Shown here in pieces: positions 23,706 to 35,471 of a stretch of DNA of 35,675 nt. Location of the stretch: assembly GCA_002633005.1 (NCBI GenBank), contig NMRA01000590.1, positions 146,142 to 181,816 on the forward strand, written 5' to 3'. The notes beneath the pieces were generated by a model. It was not told where the DNA came from and did no database searches. It worked only from the letters and a program-made list of their open reading frames with translations. The position numbers and the translations under genes are program-made. This DNA comes from Phoronis australis. Its lineage: Eukaryota > Animalia > Phoronida. How positions within the stretch are numbered: the stretch's first letter is position 1; every line of letters begins with the position of its first letter.

Positions 23706-24395
23706 CAGCAGATATCATAAAGGTGGTTTAAAGTTAAATCTGGTTAAAACTGGACTTAGACTAGGTTAAAAGATAATTTGCATTTCATAAAGACGTTTAA
23801 CTTTTAGACCAGTAATCTCGTAAAAACCTGGGCCCGGTCTCTAATCTTTGTACTCGAAACGAACTCGAAACTACTTTTGGCAATTTCTCTGCTCCTTTTG
23901 TGCGAACTTAACATAATTGGTTATCAGACTGTGCTCAAAACATTATAGTTTATGCATAGGAGTTTCTAGTTCAAGTTTGCCCTTGAAGACCCTTATATTC
24001 GTGCTCCAAACTCGAGTAAAAACTCGAAATATCTAGTTCAAACTCGAACTTATTGCTTTAATATTGGGTTTACAAACTGTGAACTAAGGGCAATAAATTA
24101 ACTACGTAAGTTATTGTGTACTCGACCATAGAATAATAGACACTTATCTTGAGTTCGCCCAAAAGTAGAGTAGAAAATGCCGAACCTAATTTCGAGTTCC
24201 ATTTCGAATAAACAGATTGGAGACCGGGCCCTGGTTTATCTGCAGTTGAGACCTGGAATAAGTCAGTTTTCATTTTACCGCTGAGGTCTATATTCCTAAG
24301 ACCTGTATAAAGCTCTTAAACCAGGTTTAACTTTAAACTTGATCAGACCTAGGTTAAATACTGTTAAACATAGCAGACTTGCATGATATAGGTGC
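23706..24395. mobile_element. Older MITE (Harbinger-like) hosting a nested MITE
   Basis: Subterminal inverted repeat GTTTAAAGTTAAATCTGGTTAAA (~23726-23748) / TTAAACCAGGTTTAACTTTAAAC (~24316-24338). Exact termini are degraded. Confidence 0.5.
23831..24230. mobile_element. PIF/Harbinger-like MITE, 400 bp
   Basis: TIR GGCCCGGTCTCTAATCT / AGATTGGAGACCGGGCC (one mismatch). 3-bp TSD CTG at 23828-23830 and 24231-24233. Repeated AACTCGA/TCGAGTT motifs inside. Confidence 0.85.
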
Positions 24396-24472
24396 AACTA
24401 AATGATGCCGTGATGTGCATTTATGACGCAGTATTCAATTTTCAGTTTTACAACGACTCAGATCAAACGTAG

Positions 24473-24630
24473 CAGGAGAGGATGCAGGGTTTTTTAAAGG
24501 GGGGGGGTTTCTGACCAAGGATTTTTTAAAAGGGGGATTCGTAGTCAACAATTTAAAACTTATATATTTGATATCATTAAAATCAAGAGAAAAGGGGTCC
24601 GGACACTTGTCCCCCTGGATCTGCCTGTCT
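24473..24630. mobile_element. Short hAT-like MITE relic (CAGGGGCGGATCCAGG type)
   Basis: Starts CAGGAGAGGATGCAGG followed by G-runs and ends CCCCCTGGATCTGCCTG. TSD not convincing. Confidence 0.45.
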
Positions 24631-25949
24631 ATGCGTAGACCAATAGAGCAGGACGTTATCGTCATAAGCGCTCAAGGTGTGACTTAAGACGGCATCTTCT
24701 GATTCTTGTTACTGAGTTTTACCTCCATAGGTCCTCGATTTAGGGTTGCAAAGCAGGGATCCTGCCCTCTCCTTGGCCGCAAAATACAAATAGTAAATTG
24801 CACGAAAATAATTTTGACATGTATTATGTTGCTGCTTATCGTGAGCATGTAACTCAATTTGTGTACGTACTGCACAGGCATTACAAAATGTCCCCTCATA
24901 TCATAGATCTGCCATTGGGTCCCTCATCGATTTTCTTTACAATTTTTTCACAGATGGAATTCCTTTCTGGCCTCCATTTTATGGGATACCCTTAACTTGT
25001 TTGTCAATCCGTTTCTCCGATTGTGGGAACTGTGTAGCCAGTCTGGACGAATATATATTTCCAGGTCTGCTGTTCACGTTGAATTGATTTGGCACTAGTT
25101 TTCTTGTTTTCTATAATATCGGCTTTATCTCTGATCATTACTGGGAGGGAACATGTTTCTACGGGAGAAGCATGTGTTTATTACCGCTTTTTTGAAAAAG
25201 GTTAAATGTAACACCTTATCATGATTGTCTATAGATAACGGTCATTATCACACCAGCGCGTTTTATTACCAAGTAAATGGATTACAGACAGGGTAAGTCC
25301 TGGATAAAGATTGTGTTTGCGTTTGGCCATCCCAACTACAACTGTACTGGCGCATGCGATATTATATTGCCCGAATATAGCCGTCCAGCCGCTCGACCCA
25401 ATTTCCCTTAGTCACTAATTTCCTTTCCTCATTGCTGCCAATAATTCCCCTCCGGTCTCCAGTCAATTTACAACTTGGTGGTCACCATATGTTTTTCCTC
25501 CTCGTCTGCCTTTACTTCAACCCCATCCACGAGTTCACATCCAACTTACACATGTTTCCCTTAATTTTTCAATTAGAATCTTCGCTACCACAATTTTTTC
25601 TGTTTGCGTTTCTATTTAAAGAGGCTTAGAACGCGAAAAATACTAAATTACATTATTCAAAGTGGTTCTCTGCCATTGAAACAGAATCCAAGCCGCTCAT
25701 AAGGTTTTTACGTTTTTTCGTAAATATTTTGAATTTCTGTTGATGTCAAAACATTCCTTTCTTGATTTCAATATGAGTACACTGTATTGAGAAAGCCACT
25801 GTGGTTTACGTGAGGACCAAAAACAGGAGCGTAGCATTGCGACCAGCTAGCAATGCGGTCCTGGGTTCTTTGTGTCCCGGGTTCTATGTGCCCCGTTTCA
25901 TGGATTTCGGGTTCTTGGTTCCAGTGTTTTGAGTTATAGTCCAGACACT

Positions 25950-26750
25950 AAGCGGACGAGTGTGCCCGTTTTAGCTACAATCGCCATTTTAGGTCACATT
26001 ATAATTTTAAGGTGCTTTTTCTATCCTGAGAAAGAGCAAAAGTTTGACCTCATTAACTTTGATTTGCATGCATAATTAGGTCAAAATTTGGCATAAATTA
26101 CATGCAGGCATATCTCTGGAACCATTTGAAAGAATTGCAGGAGTTTTGGATGGATTCTTATGTTCAACGGAAAGCCCAATTACTTCATGACACGAGGTCA
26201 TTCTAGGTCAGGATAACGTAAAAATTTCACCCTAAAACCGGAAACTTTTGCCAAAATGTACCCAACATTTAAAGAACAGGAAGTATGGGCATGTTTCATA
26301 AGAAAACGCCATACTTGGTCCAAATGTCCATTTTGAGTTGCCCTTACGAACCTGATAAAAGGCAAAATAATTCGACCTTATTAACTTTAACTTGCATGCA
26401 TAATTCGCTCATAGTTGTTGGTAGTAATTAGTATGATTTACTTATGAGCATATCTCTCAGACCATTTGGAGGCATCGAAAGATCTGAGGCTCATTCTTAC
26501 CGGTATGTTAACCTGGGCGCCTAGAACATTTTTGACACCTTCAAAATCATTCTAGGTTAAAGTCAAGTAACTATTTCCCAAAATCGCTATTTTTACCCAA
26601 AACAGTACATAACATTTAAAAAGGGCCGGTAAGTGCAGGTTATATAAGAAATAGCCATATTTTTCCCAAATGATTATTTAAAGTTGCTCTCAAAACCAAA
26701 TAGGGCAAAAAGTTTGACCTGATAATTTCCGATTTGCTAGCATACCTGGA
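25950..26750. repeat. Degenerate ~330-345-bp tandem repeat, ~2.5 copies
   Basis: GCAAAA..GACCT.AT.A.TTT...TTGC recurs at ~26036, ~26362 and ~26705. GCATATCTCT...ACCATTTG at ~26108 and ~26448. TCATTCTAGGT at ~26199 and ~26548. Confidence 0.7.
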
Positions 26751-27073
26751 TCCTAATGGACATCTTTCTACCCACTGCCCGGAATCGGAGATTCTTTGTT
26801 TCGAGTAATCCACTGAATAACCCACCTGTATGGTGGCATTCAAATACATGCTAATGCGCGCACTTAGCCTAAAATATATGCGGGCTCGAATTTTTCATGA
26901 TGAGGACTTTCTACTGAAAAAATCAACGAGGACTAAAAACGGGCCACTAGGTTCAGGCCTATAAATTGTGCATCCGCGCCGACTTCTTGTGGACTTTAGT
27001 CCCGTTTACCATTTCTTTTTGTTTCACTGAGGCGGAACTTTTTGCCCAATTCGAGCCCCCCGTTGTCCCCCCC

Positions 27074-27929
27074 NNNNNNNNNNNNNNNNNNNNNNNNNNN
27101 NNNNNNNNNNNNNNNNNNNNNNNNNNNNNNNNNNNNNNNNNNNNNNNNNNNNNNNNNNNNNNNNNNNNNNNNNNNNNNNNNNNNNNNNNNNNNNNNNNNN
27201 NNNNNNNNNNNNNNNNNNNNNNNNNNNNNNNNNNNNNNNNNNNNNNNNNNNNNNNNNNNNNNNNNNNNNNNNNNNNNNNNNNNNNNNNNNNNNNNNNNNN
27301 NNNNNNNNNNNNNNNNNNNNNNNNNNNNNNNNNNNNNNNNNNNNNNNNNNNNNNNNNNNNNNNNNNNNNNNNNNNNNNNNNNNNNNNNNNNNNNNNNNNN
27401 NNNNNNNNNNNNNNNNNNNNNNNNNNNNNNNNNNNNNNNNNNNNNNNNNNNNNNNNNNNNNNNNNNNNNNNNNNNNNNNNNNNNNNNNNNNNNNNNNNNN
27501 NNNNNNNNNNNNNNNNNNNNNNNNNNNNNNNNNNNNNNNNNNNNNNNNNNNNNNNNNNNNNNNNNNNNNNNNNNNNNNNNNNNNNNNNNNNNNNNNNNNN
27601 NNNNNNNNNNNNNNNNNNNNNNNNNNNNNNNNNNNNNNNNNNNNNNNNNNNNNNNNNNNNNNNNNNNNNNNNNNNNNNNNNNNNNNNNNNNNNNNNNNNN
27701 NNNNNNNNNNNNNNNNNNNNNNNNNNNNNNNNNNNNNNNNNNNNNNNNNNNNNNNNNNNNNNNNNNNNNNNNNNNNNNNNNNNNNNNNNNNNNNNNNNNN
27801 NNNNNNNNNNNNNNNNNNNNNNNNNNNNNNNNNNNNNNNNNNNNNNNNNNNNNNNNNNNNNNNNNNNNNNNNNNNNNNNNNNNNNNNNNNNNNNNNNNNN
27901 NNNNNNNNNNNNNNNNNNNNNNNNNNNNN
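27074..27929. other. Assembly gap (N run)
   Basis: Contiguous Ns. Confidence 1.
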
Positions 27930-28380
27930 AAGGAAGTGAGCAGAGATGGGGTGACAGATAGTGGGGAAAAGGAAGTGAGAAGAGATTTGGTGACAGTGGG
28001 GAAGAGGAGTTGAGGAGAGATGAGGTGACAGGGGGAGGAGGAGTTGAGGAGAGATGGGGTGACAGTGGGGAAGAGGAGTTGAGGAGAGATGGGGTGACAG
28101 ACAGTGGGGAAAAGGAAATGAGAAGAGATTTGGTGACAGTGGGTAGGGAGAGATGATGAGAGATGGGTGATAGTAGGGAGGACGGGGAGAGATGGGGTCA
28201 CAATGGGTAGGAAGAAGTGAGAAATGGAGGGATGGAGTGAGGACGAGAGCGGTGGAAGGAAGGAAGCAGTAGGGAGGTTGGGAGAGAGGGAGGAAAGGAA
28301 GGAGGGTGAGAATGAGATTGAGAATGGTGGAGGGACGGTGGGTTAAAGAAAATGAGTAAGGTAGGTAGGGCGATAAGGGC
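27930..28380. repeat. Purine-rich minisatellite (~35-40-bp unit GAGGAGAGATGGGGTGACAGTGGGGAAGAGGAGTT) decaying into GA-rich low complexity
   Basis: GGTGACAG recurs at ~27949, 27989, 28024, 28058, 28093 and 28132. Confidence 0.85.
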
Positions 28381-29799
28381 AGAAAAGGGCAGGCCAGTCA
28401 GCAGGCGAAGGTAAGTCGGACGGAAAAACGGGAAAGGGGTTGTATATCGTGATAACATTTTTCTTGAATATTTAAGTGATAATTTATATCAAAAGTAATT
28501 TTGCCATATAGCTGTTTTCGTTATTTTGCTATGAACATACATTTTAACTTTAATTATTCTAAAAAGTCATTTGACTCAATTAATGGGTAACTGGAATAAA
28601 GTCGAAACTAAATGTTGCCACATTACTTATTACTGAAATTATTTAGTTTGTTTGAGTTAAAGTTTATTTATCTAACTAAATCCACAGAGCTGACGAGGTT
28701 ACGCATGTGTTAAACCAGTCCTTAACTCTGATTCAGGATGAGACTTTGTGTGCAGCCATAGATCATGGGACGAGAACTACATCAATACGGTTTCAACGTA
28801 CCTGTAGAGCCACGGCCAAGAATGCGAGTGTTAACGACTTCATCTGCAAGACATAATAGAAAAGCTATGTACAAACACAGGCACAACAGGCATTTGGCAA
28901 ATAATTACAAGAGTAACTTGTTGTAAGTTCCTCAAAGACATCTGTTAGTAAGCTTTAAAATTGCGAAACAAACACTCTGAAACCAAATATCACTCAGTTT
29001 CGTAACTTACTATAACATTTAATGTCCATTGTCTTCACTAAACAGTTTCGCCAGGACTACATTTTGAGATACAGTATTGTTCTAAAATCCTGAAAAATGA
29101 TCATTAAATTGCAAAAGTTTTCGAAAGTCGATGTTGACTGCGTCCTTCCTTAGTCTGACCCTGTGACGTCGTGGGGGTCACGATGACGTCATAAACACGG
29201 GAAAGTAAATGAGCCATCGTCTCCATTCATGATATTGGATTCTTTTGTAATGCAGGTGGATTCCCTTATTATTCTGTTTCTAGTGTCACTTTCACTATAA
29301 ATTATTTTTCATATCCCAGTCAGTCACATGATTGATTTTCTTGCATGATTGGTAATAGCTGATTTGTTAACTTCACTAAGACAGGCTTTCCTGTCCGATC
29401 TAGTGAAAGTTCTATAAGTGGTCATATCCTCAACGTCTTTATGATGTTCAGCCAATCTATGAGCAAACTCTAACAGTTTCACCAAATAAAAATTGGGAAT
29501 TGTCTTTCAGTTTTCAGTATTTCCACAAAAACGAAAAGTCCGTCAGTCAATTTTCTATTTTGAGAACAATTGTAAAAATGCAAAATTGAAATATTGAAAT
29601 TTGGCTTGATTTTCTAAATTTTCAAATTCGATTTTAACGAATAATGGGTTGGGCCTCTTCAATTGCAAATCCAACTACAGGGTAGATTTGCTTTTTTTTA
29701 ATAACACTCACGTGGAAGTTGACATTCCAGTCCTCCAGATCTATGACACAATAAGTCTTTTGTGATGCCTAAATACTTCACAGAATTGTTAAATTACCT

Positions 29800-30925
29800 T
29801 TTTTCCTTTATTTAATTGAACACATGGCCATCGGCCCAAAGTAAAAAAAAACAAGATCATTGGAGTGCTATACACACTAGTCAGCAATACACAGGTTGTT
29901 CCGTTTTTAGATGCGTAATATACATAGTTCAAAATCGATCGTATCGGGATTACATAACAGTCTATGAAATTTAAACAAAGAGGGACTTGACCAGAGGATC
30001 TCCCTTAGAAACTTAGCTCTGATTTCGGAAAAAGCGTCGCAAACTAACAAAAAGTGATATTCATCCTCGACACAATCCCTCGAGCATAATGTACATACTC
30101 TGTTTAGATAAATCACATTTACGTGATGACCATTTTCTACAGCCAGCCTGTGGTTTGCACATCGAAAACGTGTAAAACTTTGCACGAACACTCTTGAAAG
30201 ATTATCAATTTCTAAGTAGTTTTTATGTTCAAATACAACCTAATATTATTGTTAGACTTTAATTTAGAATTGAGATCGACATCGGACTGCCACCTTTGCA
30301 AAGCAAAGTTTTTAACACGTTGTGAGAAAATATTGACAAACGACTCTTGTCATAATACTCCTTGGTTTACCCAAATATCATAGAAGACATAAATTGACAA
30401 TAAATTGCGGATTGAGCTTGCCCAGTTATACATATGTCTGCCATTTTCATCTAGTCTATACAACATGTTGTAAGCGACAATTAGATTACGTTCCTTTGGC
30501 ATATCCAAAATTTTAAACCAGTACTTAATATAGCTAACAAAGTATCACGTAAACACAGGGTATCTGCCACATTCACCCAACACTGCATCGTTAGAGCAAG
30601 AACCTCCAAGTCCCAAGGTCCATTTGCAAAATTTTAAATGATTTTTTCTAAAAACTCGTATTTTTTAAAACCCCAAATCTCGGCACCATAACACAATGTT
30701 GGATACACCAGTTTATCAAATAACTGAAAGGCAAGTGATGGGGGCATATCGTGACATCTGCGCTGTAGTTTCAAAACACGTGATGCAGCTTTATTTGTTT
30801 GCCAAGAGGGAGTTTTTGCCGCTTTCGAGCATGACAATTTAGGTGTGACACAAACACCAAGATATTTATAATGAGATACAGCATCAACTTGCTGTTTGTT
30901 AAAAATTGTTAAATTCTCAACATAT
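29800..30925 (-). mobile_element. 5'-truncated RTE-X-like LINE fragment
   Basis: ORF 30634-30948 (YKYLGV...LFDKLVYPTLCYGAEIWG) and ORF 29907-30191 (RFRCANHRLAVENG...CTLC...EDEYHFLLVC). AATAAA and an A-rich tail near 29800-29812 on the minus strand. Confidence 0.8.
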
Positions 30926-32099
30926 GGACCGAAATCACATATGCTCATGGCAAACTACCACACCGACGATGATGTGCAAAAACACATGTGAACCATATGG
31001 GAAAGAGCGCTCTTTCAGACATCTTTGTTTCAAAAATTCAAGTCACCCAAGACTCCCTCGATACTCGGCTAGAAGCCGACGCGTCTAATAACATTATCTG
31101 AAGACATCGCTGTCCTGTTTCTGGTGACAGAAGCATAAAACTTTACATAAAAACAGAGCTTTTACGTAAGAAAATGGAGCCGCATACGAGATCTTCCAAT
31201 ACGCCGGTTACGAAAGAGACCAAGGTAACTCTGACGTTTTAAAATACACCTACAAAAGTGTTGAGTAGTGATTTGAAATTGTGATAAACAAACACGAGTA
31301 ACTACGGTTAGTCTAAACACTGCTTAGCGCATAAAGACCTCCCAAAAATCAAGCTCCGTCTGGAATATGTAAAGCCGGTTGTACTTCGTTCAGATACAAT
31401 CAGGTACATCTACCATTAGATACAGATTAACTCAAGAGTATTTACCTTCTAGGTTGTATTGGCAATCAAGCAAACACAAATGCTCATGAAAAATTATTTC
31501 CTTCGTTTTATATAATTTGATGACAATGGTACCAAAGGAACTTGTAGTGGTTTTAACAATCAACCTGTCGAGCTACGAGATCCAGTTGGACAGACAACAA
31601 AAGCATAATTATGAAAAGCACTCGTTACTTGAGCTTTTCACAGTTTTCGTGGAATTTAATATGACCAATATACACGTGATTTGCGTGCCTAGCGGAATTC
31701 TGAGAAGGACTTAATAGATAAAAGATAACCCTACCCTTTGCTACCCCATGTTTAGTGATGAAGTGTTTGTCGGCGCTGTTTTCATAAGCCCAACGGTTTC
31801 AAGGAAAATGGTTGATGTTTGTAGACTCCCCAGCAACACGATTGTAAGATAAGTTGCGTTTGGGTGTGGTAATTACGACGATCAAAAAGCCAAGTATAAT
31901 AAAAGTCGGTTATAGGTTTGACTATCACTTGCAGCTTTGCACTATTGTAGAATGGAAAGAGTGCGTAAGGGAAGATCAAATTTCATTGATTAGAAAGTAA
32001 ATGCATAACATTTTAATCTTCTGTATTATAAAAACACGCATAAGCTTTTCTGTCGACAAATGGGTCATTTTCATGTATTTTTTTCTTGTTGAAAAATCA

Positions 32100-32677
32100 T
32101 TTTACGAAGTTTATCCCAACAAAAAACAAAATTGCTTTGGCAACTGGAAGAAGGCTTTAGAGTCATTCAAGATTTATCCGGGACTTTTAAAATTACTAAA
32201 GATTTGATTCATTAAGAATATCTGGTTTAATCCAAAACTATAATAAATAAAAAAGCAAAACATTTTTAACAATGGTATAGAAAGGGCACAGCGTATATTT
32301 ATGATCTTTAATTCCGTTGATGAACTTGTGACTAATGACCACTTTTGCTCATTTTATAATTTTTCTCCTCCGTTCACTGTTTTCCTGGGTGTGCGTAATG
32401 TTATGCGGAATCTATTTAGGTGCCATTCTTGTTTCGATGCGTTTCATGTTATCCTTCCTCATCGTTCTGATTTTGCTTTAACTGTTGTTAATTGCCATAA
32501 TGTAGGCAAAACTCTTTGTAATCGTTTCATCATGTCTTGGTATAAAATGGGAATATTGTTTAAATGGTGGCGTAAATGTCATATATTGGTCGTTAATTTT
32601 GCTAAAAATACAAAAGTGAGGTGGTTTCAAAACGATTATTTTACAGACTTATTAGAACTAATAGTTTTTGTTACAAT
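32100..32677 (+). mobile_element. Second, more decayed L1/Tx1 ORF2 3' fragment running into the gap
   Basis: Broken-frame motifs IWFNP, QWYRKG.AYIYDL, TKVRWFQ and RLFYRLIRTNSF correspond to the 8290-8730 part of the full-length Tx1. 5' limit uncertain. Confidence 0.7.
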
Positions 32678-33351
32678 NNNNNNNNNNNNNNNNNNNNNNN
32701 NNNNNNNNNNNNNNNNNNNNNNNNNNNNNNNNNNNNNNNNNNNNNNNNNNNNNNNNNNNNNNNNNNNNNNNNNNNNNNNNNNNNNNNNNNNNNNNNNNNN
32801 NNNNNNNNNNNNNNNNNNNNNNNNNNNNNNNNNNNNNNNNNNNNNNNNNNNNNNNNNNNNNNNNNNNNNNNNNNNNNNNNNNNNNNNNNNNNNNNNNNNN
32901 NNNNNNNNNNNNNNNNNNNNNNNNNNNNNNNNNNNNNNNNNNNNNNNNNNNNNNNNNNNNNNNNNNNNNNNNNNNNNNNNNNNNNNNNNNNNNNNNNNNN
33001 NNNNNNNNNNNNNNNNNNNNNNNNNNNNNNNNNNNNNNNNNNNNNNNNNNNNNNNNNNNNNNNNNNNNNNNNNNNNNNNNNNNNNNNNNNNNNNNNNNNN
33101 NNNNNNNNNNNNNNNNNNNNNNNNNNNNNNNNNNNNNNNNNNNNNNNNNNNNNNNNNNNNNNNNNNNNNNNNNNNNNNNNNNNNNNNNNNNNNNNNNNNN
33201 NNNNNNNNNNNNNNNNNNNNNNNNNNNNNNNNNNNNNNNNNNNNNNNNNNNNNNNNNNNNNNNNNNNNNNNNNNNNNNNNNNNNNNNNNNNNNNNNNNNN
33301 NNNNNNNNNNNNNNNNNNNNNNNNNNNNNNNNNNNNNNNNNNNNNNNNNNN
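32678..33351. other. Assembly gap (N run)
   Basis: Contiguous Ns. Confidence 1.
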
Positions 33352-33447
33352 TGTGTGTATGTGTGTGTGTATGTGTGTATGTATGGGTGTGTGTATGTGT
33401 GTGTGTGTTAGTGTGTGTATGTGTGTATGGGTGTGTGTATGTTTGTG
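33352..33447. repeat. Imperfect (TG)n/(TGTA) microsatellite
   Basis: Visible directly. Confidence 0.95.
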
Positions 33448-33597
33448 CTACTTTTTTGTATTATTAAATATTCTGTTAAATTAAGTATCTGTAAAAACTG
33501 CATACCGCCCTAAACCGGAAATATTCCCTGAAATGGGCGTAAACGATTTTAGCGAAAGTGCCTGATTTTAAATGATTGTTCATCCTCCTAAAATTGT

Positions 33598-33867
33598 CGT
33601 TCGTTAAATGATCTCGTAAGTGAGGTTTAAGAACAACTCATAAGTTCGTTAAATGGTCTCTTAAGTGATGTTTAAGAACAAGTCATCATCAGTTCGTTAA
33701 AAGGTCTCTTAAGTGAGGTTTAAGAACAAGTCATAAGTTCGTTAAATGGTCTCTTAAGTGAGGATTAAGAACAAGTCATAAGTTCGTTAAATGGTCTCTT
33801 AAGTGAGGTTTAAGAACAAGTCATAAGTTCGTTAAATGGTCTCGTAATTATGGTTTAAGAACAAGTC
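33598..33867. repeat. 45-bp tandem repeat AGTTCGTTAAATGGTCTCTTAAGTGAGGTTTAAGAACAAGTCATA, 6 copies
   Basis: Units at 33598, 33643 (3 bp longer), 33691, 33736, 33781 and 33826. Confidence 0.95.
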
Positions 33868-34426
33868 AAAAAAATAATTTTGACTGTTTTTTACATGTTT
33901 ATATCGTCCTAATCTGTAATTCTTAATGCACAGTATACTGAAGAAAAATAAAGTCATTCTGAAAATCAAAAGTTGTTTTTTAGCTATATTTGACCAAACC
34001 TCAGTAAGTCATATGGCTTGAGTGCTCACCAGCTCAGTGATTGACAACTGGGGCGGAGCTTATATACAGGGACACTAGCTCTAATCTAACCCTGTCAACA
34101 AGCATTGCGTAAGCGGGCAATCGAGAGTGATGTACCAGCTGATATTGGTGTTGTAGCAAGACCAAGAATAAAACAATTCTTTTTTGACCATGTGAAAGTT
34201 GGTAGTGAAATGGTGAACTAGCTCCTGTTCTGAGCCTGAGCCTGTTTGTCTATCTGCAAAAAAATTAAGTTGAGTACGCCAAGCTCTACCGAAGCCACCA
34301 CTGCACTCAGTTGAGGAGCCCGTGCAGAAATTGTGCATGTATAAGAGAAGTCGGTGATATAAGGTCAGGTGTATTGCTACGTGGGTGGTGTTGCACGATT
34401 CGGTGAGAGTGCATGCACGCGCCGTG

Positions 34427-35457
34427 AAGACAAGCCGCGCACGCGACACATGGACAACTACATGCCGTCAGAGTAGAGTCTTCGCAGATAAACCGTGCTT
34501 CTGTGCTGGGAACGCGCCGTGGAGAAACTACATGTAGGCTGTCAAACCCAAAGGATTTTTAACTTGCCATTGGCCGTAACCCAAAGAATTAGAGAAATGA
34601 CCCATTGTTCAACATAACAAAAAATTTTCTAGTGCATAGATTCAAACGTAACCCTGAATTAAAACTCATGATATTATACGATTCTAGAGGAAAGCAATAT
34701 AAGAAACTTTAACTTGCGAATCTCACCCAAGCGGCGCTATTTGCGCAGAAAATGATATTTTCTTATCCCAAAGTCCATTCGGTACAGGCACGTAAAATGT
34801 TGAACCATTACTATGAAAGTAGTTCTTTATCCTCGCGCCAATATTGTTATGTAGGCAGTAACGCGGCGACTTGATATAACACATTTTATTATATTGGTTG
34901 ATGATAATATTGGAATACTAACAAATAGGTCTGTGTAATATAGTTAGAGAGTCTTTTACAAATTGAGTGGAGAGTTCAGATGAATCGTATAAACAATCAA
35001 CACATGGTTTAATGTGTGGTCGGCACACCAGTACAGCAGACAGTAGATCAACGCTAAGCTCCACCCTCGTGACAGACATATTTGTTTGGGTCGTCTGTCG
35101 TGCTTAACAAGTTCGAAAAAATGATTAAAATTACGCTGTTAACATACAGGTATGTCACATTTTCTAAATATGAAGTAAATATCAGCTTTATTTCTAGTAC
35201 TTCAACAAAAATTGGAACATAATGACCACGCATTCTGAACGTTTGAATCTATGCACGAGAACGATTTTGTTATGTTGAACACTGGGTCATTTCTCTAATT
35301 CGTTGGGTACGGCCGGTGGCAAGTTAAAAATCCCTCGAGTTTGACAGCCTATAGTTTCTCCACAACGCGTCCTACTACCACAGAGGCATGATTTATGTGT
35401 AAAAACTCAACTCTGACGGCATGTAGTTGTCCATGTCTCACGCGCCCGGCGTGTCTT
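34427..35457. mobile_element. Foldback-type element or long inverted repeat (~230-bp arms)
   Basis: 34427-34660 aligns to the reverse complement of 35232-35457, e.g. CATGGACAACTACATGCCGTCAGAGT, GAATTAGAGAAATGACCCA and TGTTCAACATAACAAAA. The right arm stops at the palindrome array. Confidence 0.8.
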
Positions 35458-35471
35458 AATGAACTAAATGA

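Noticed and set aside
9769-29076. TACAGTA/TACTGTA as a second enriched footprint
   Set aside because: About 8 copies by hand count against about 7 expected, so not enriched.
26966-33484. Long ORFs spanning 26966-28201 and 32301-33484
   Set aside because: Artefacts of N runs and low-complexity flanks.
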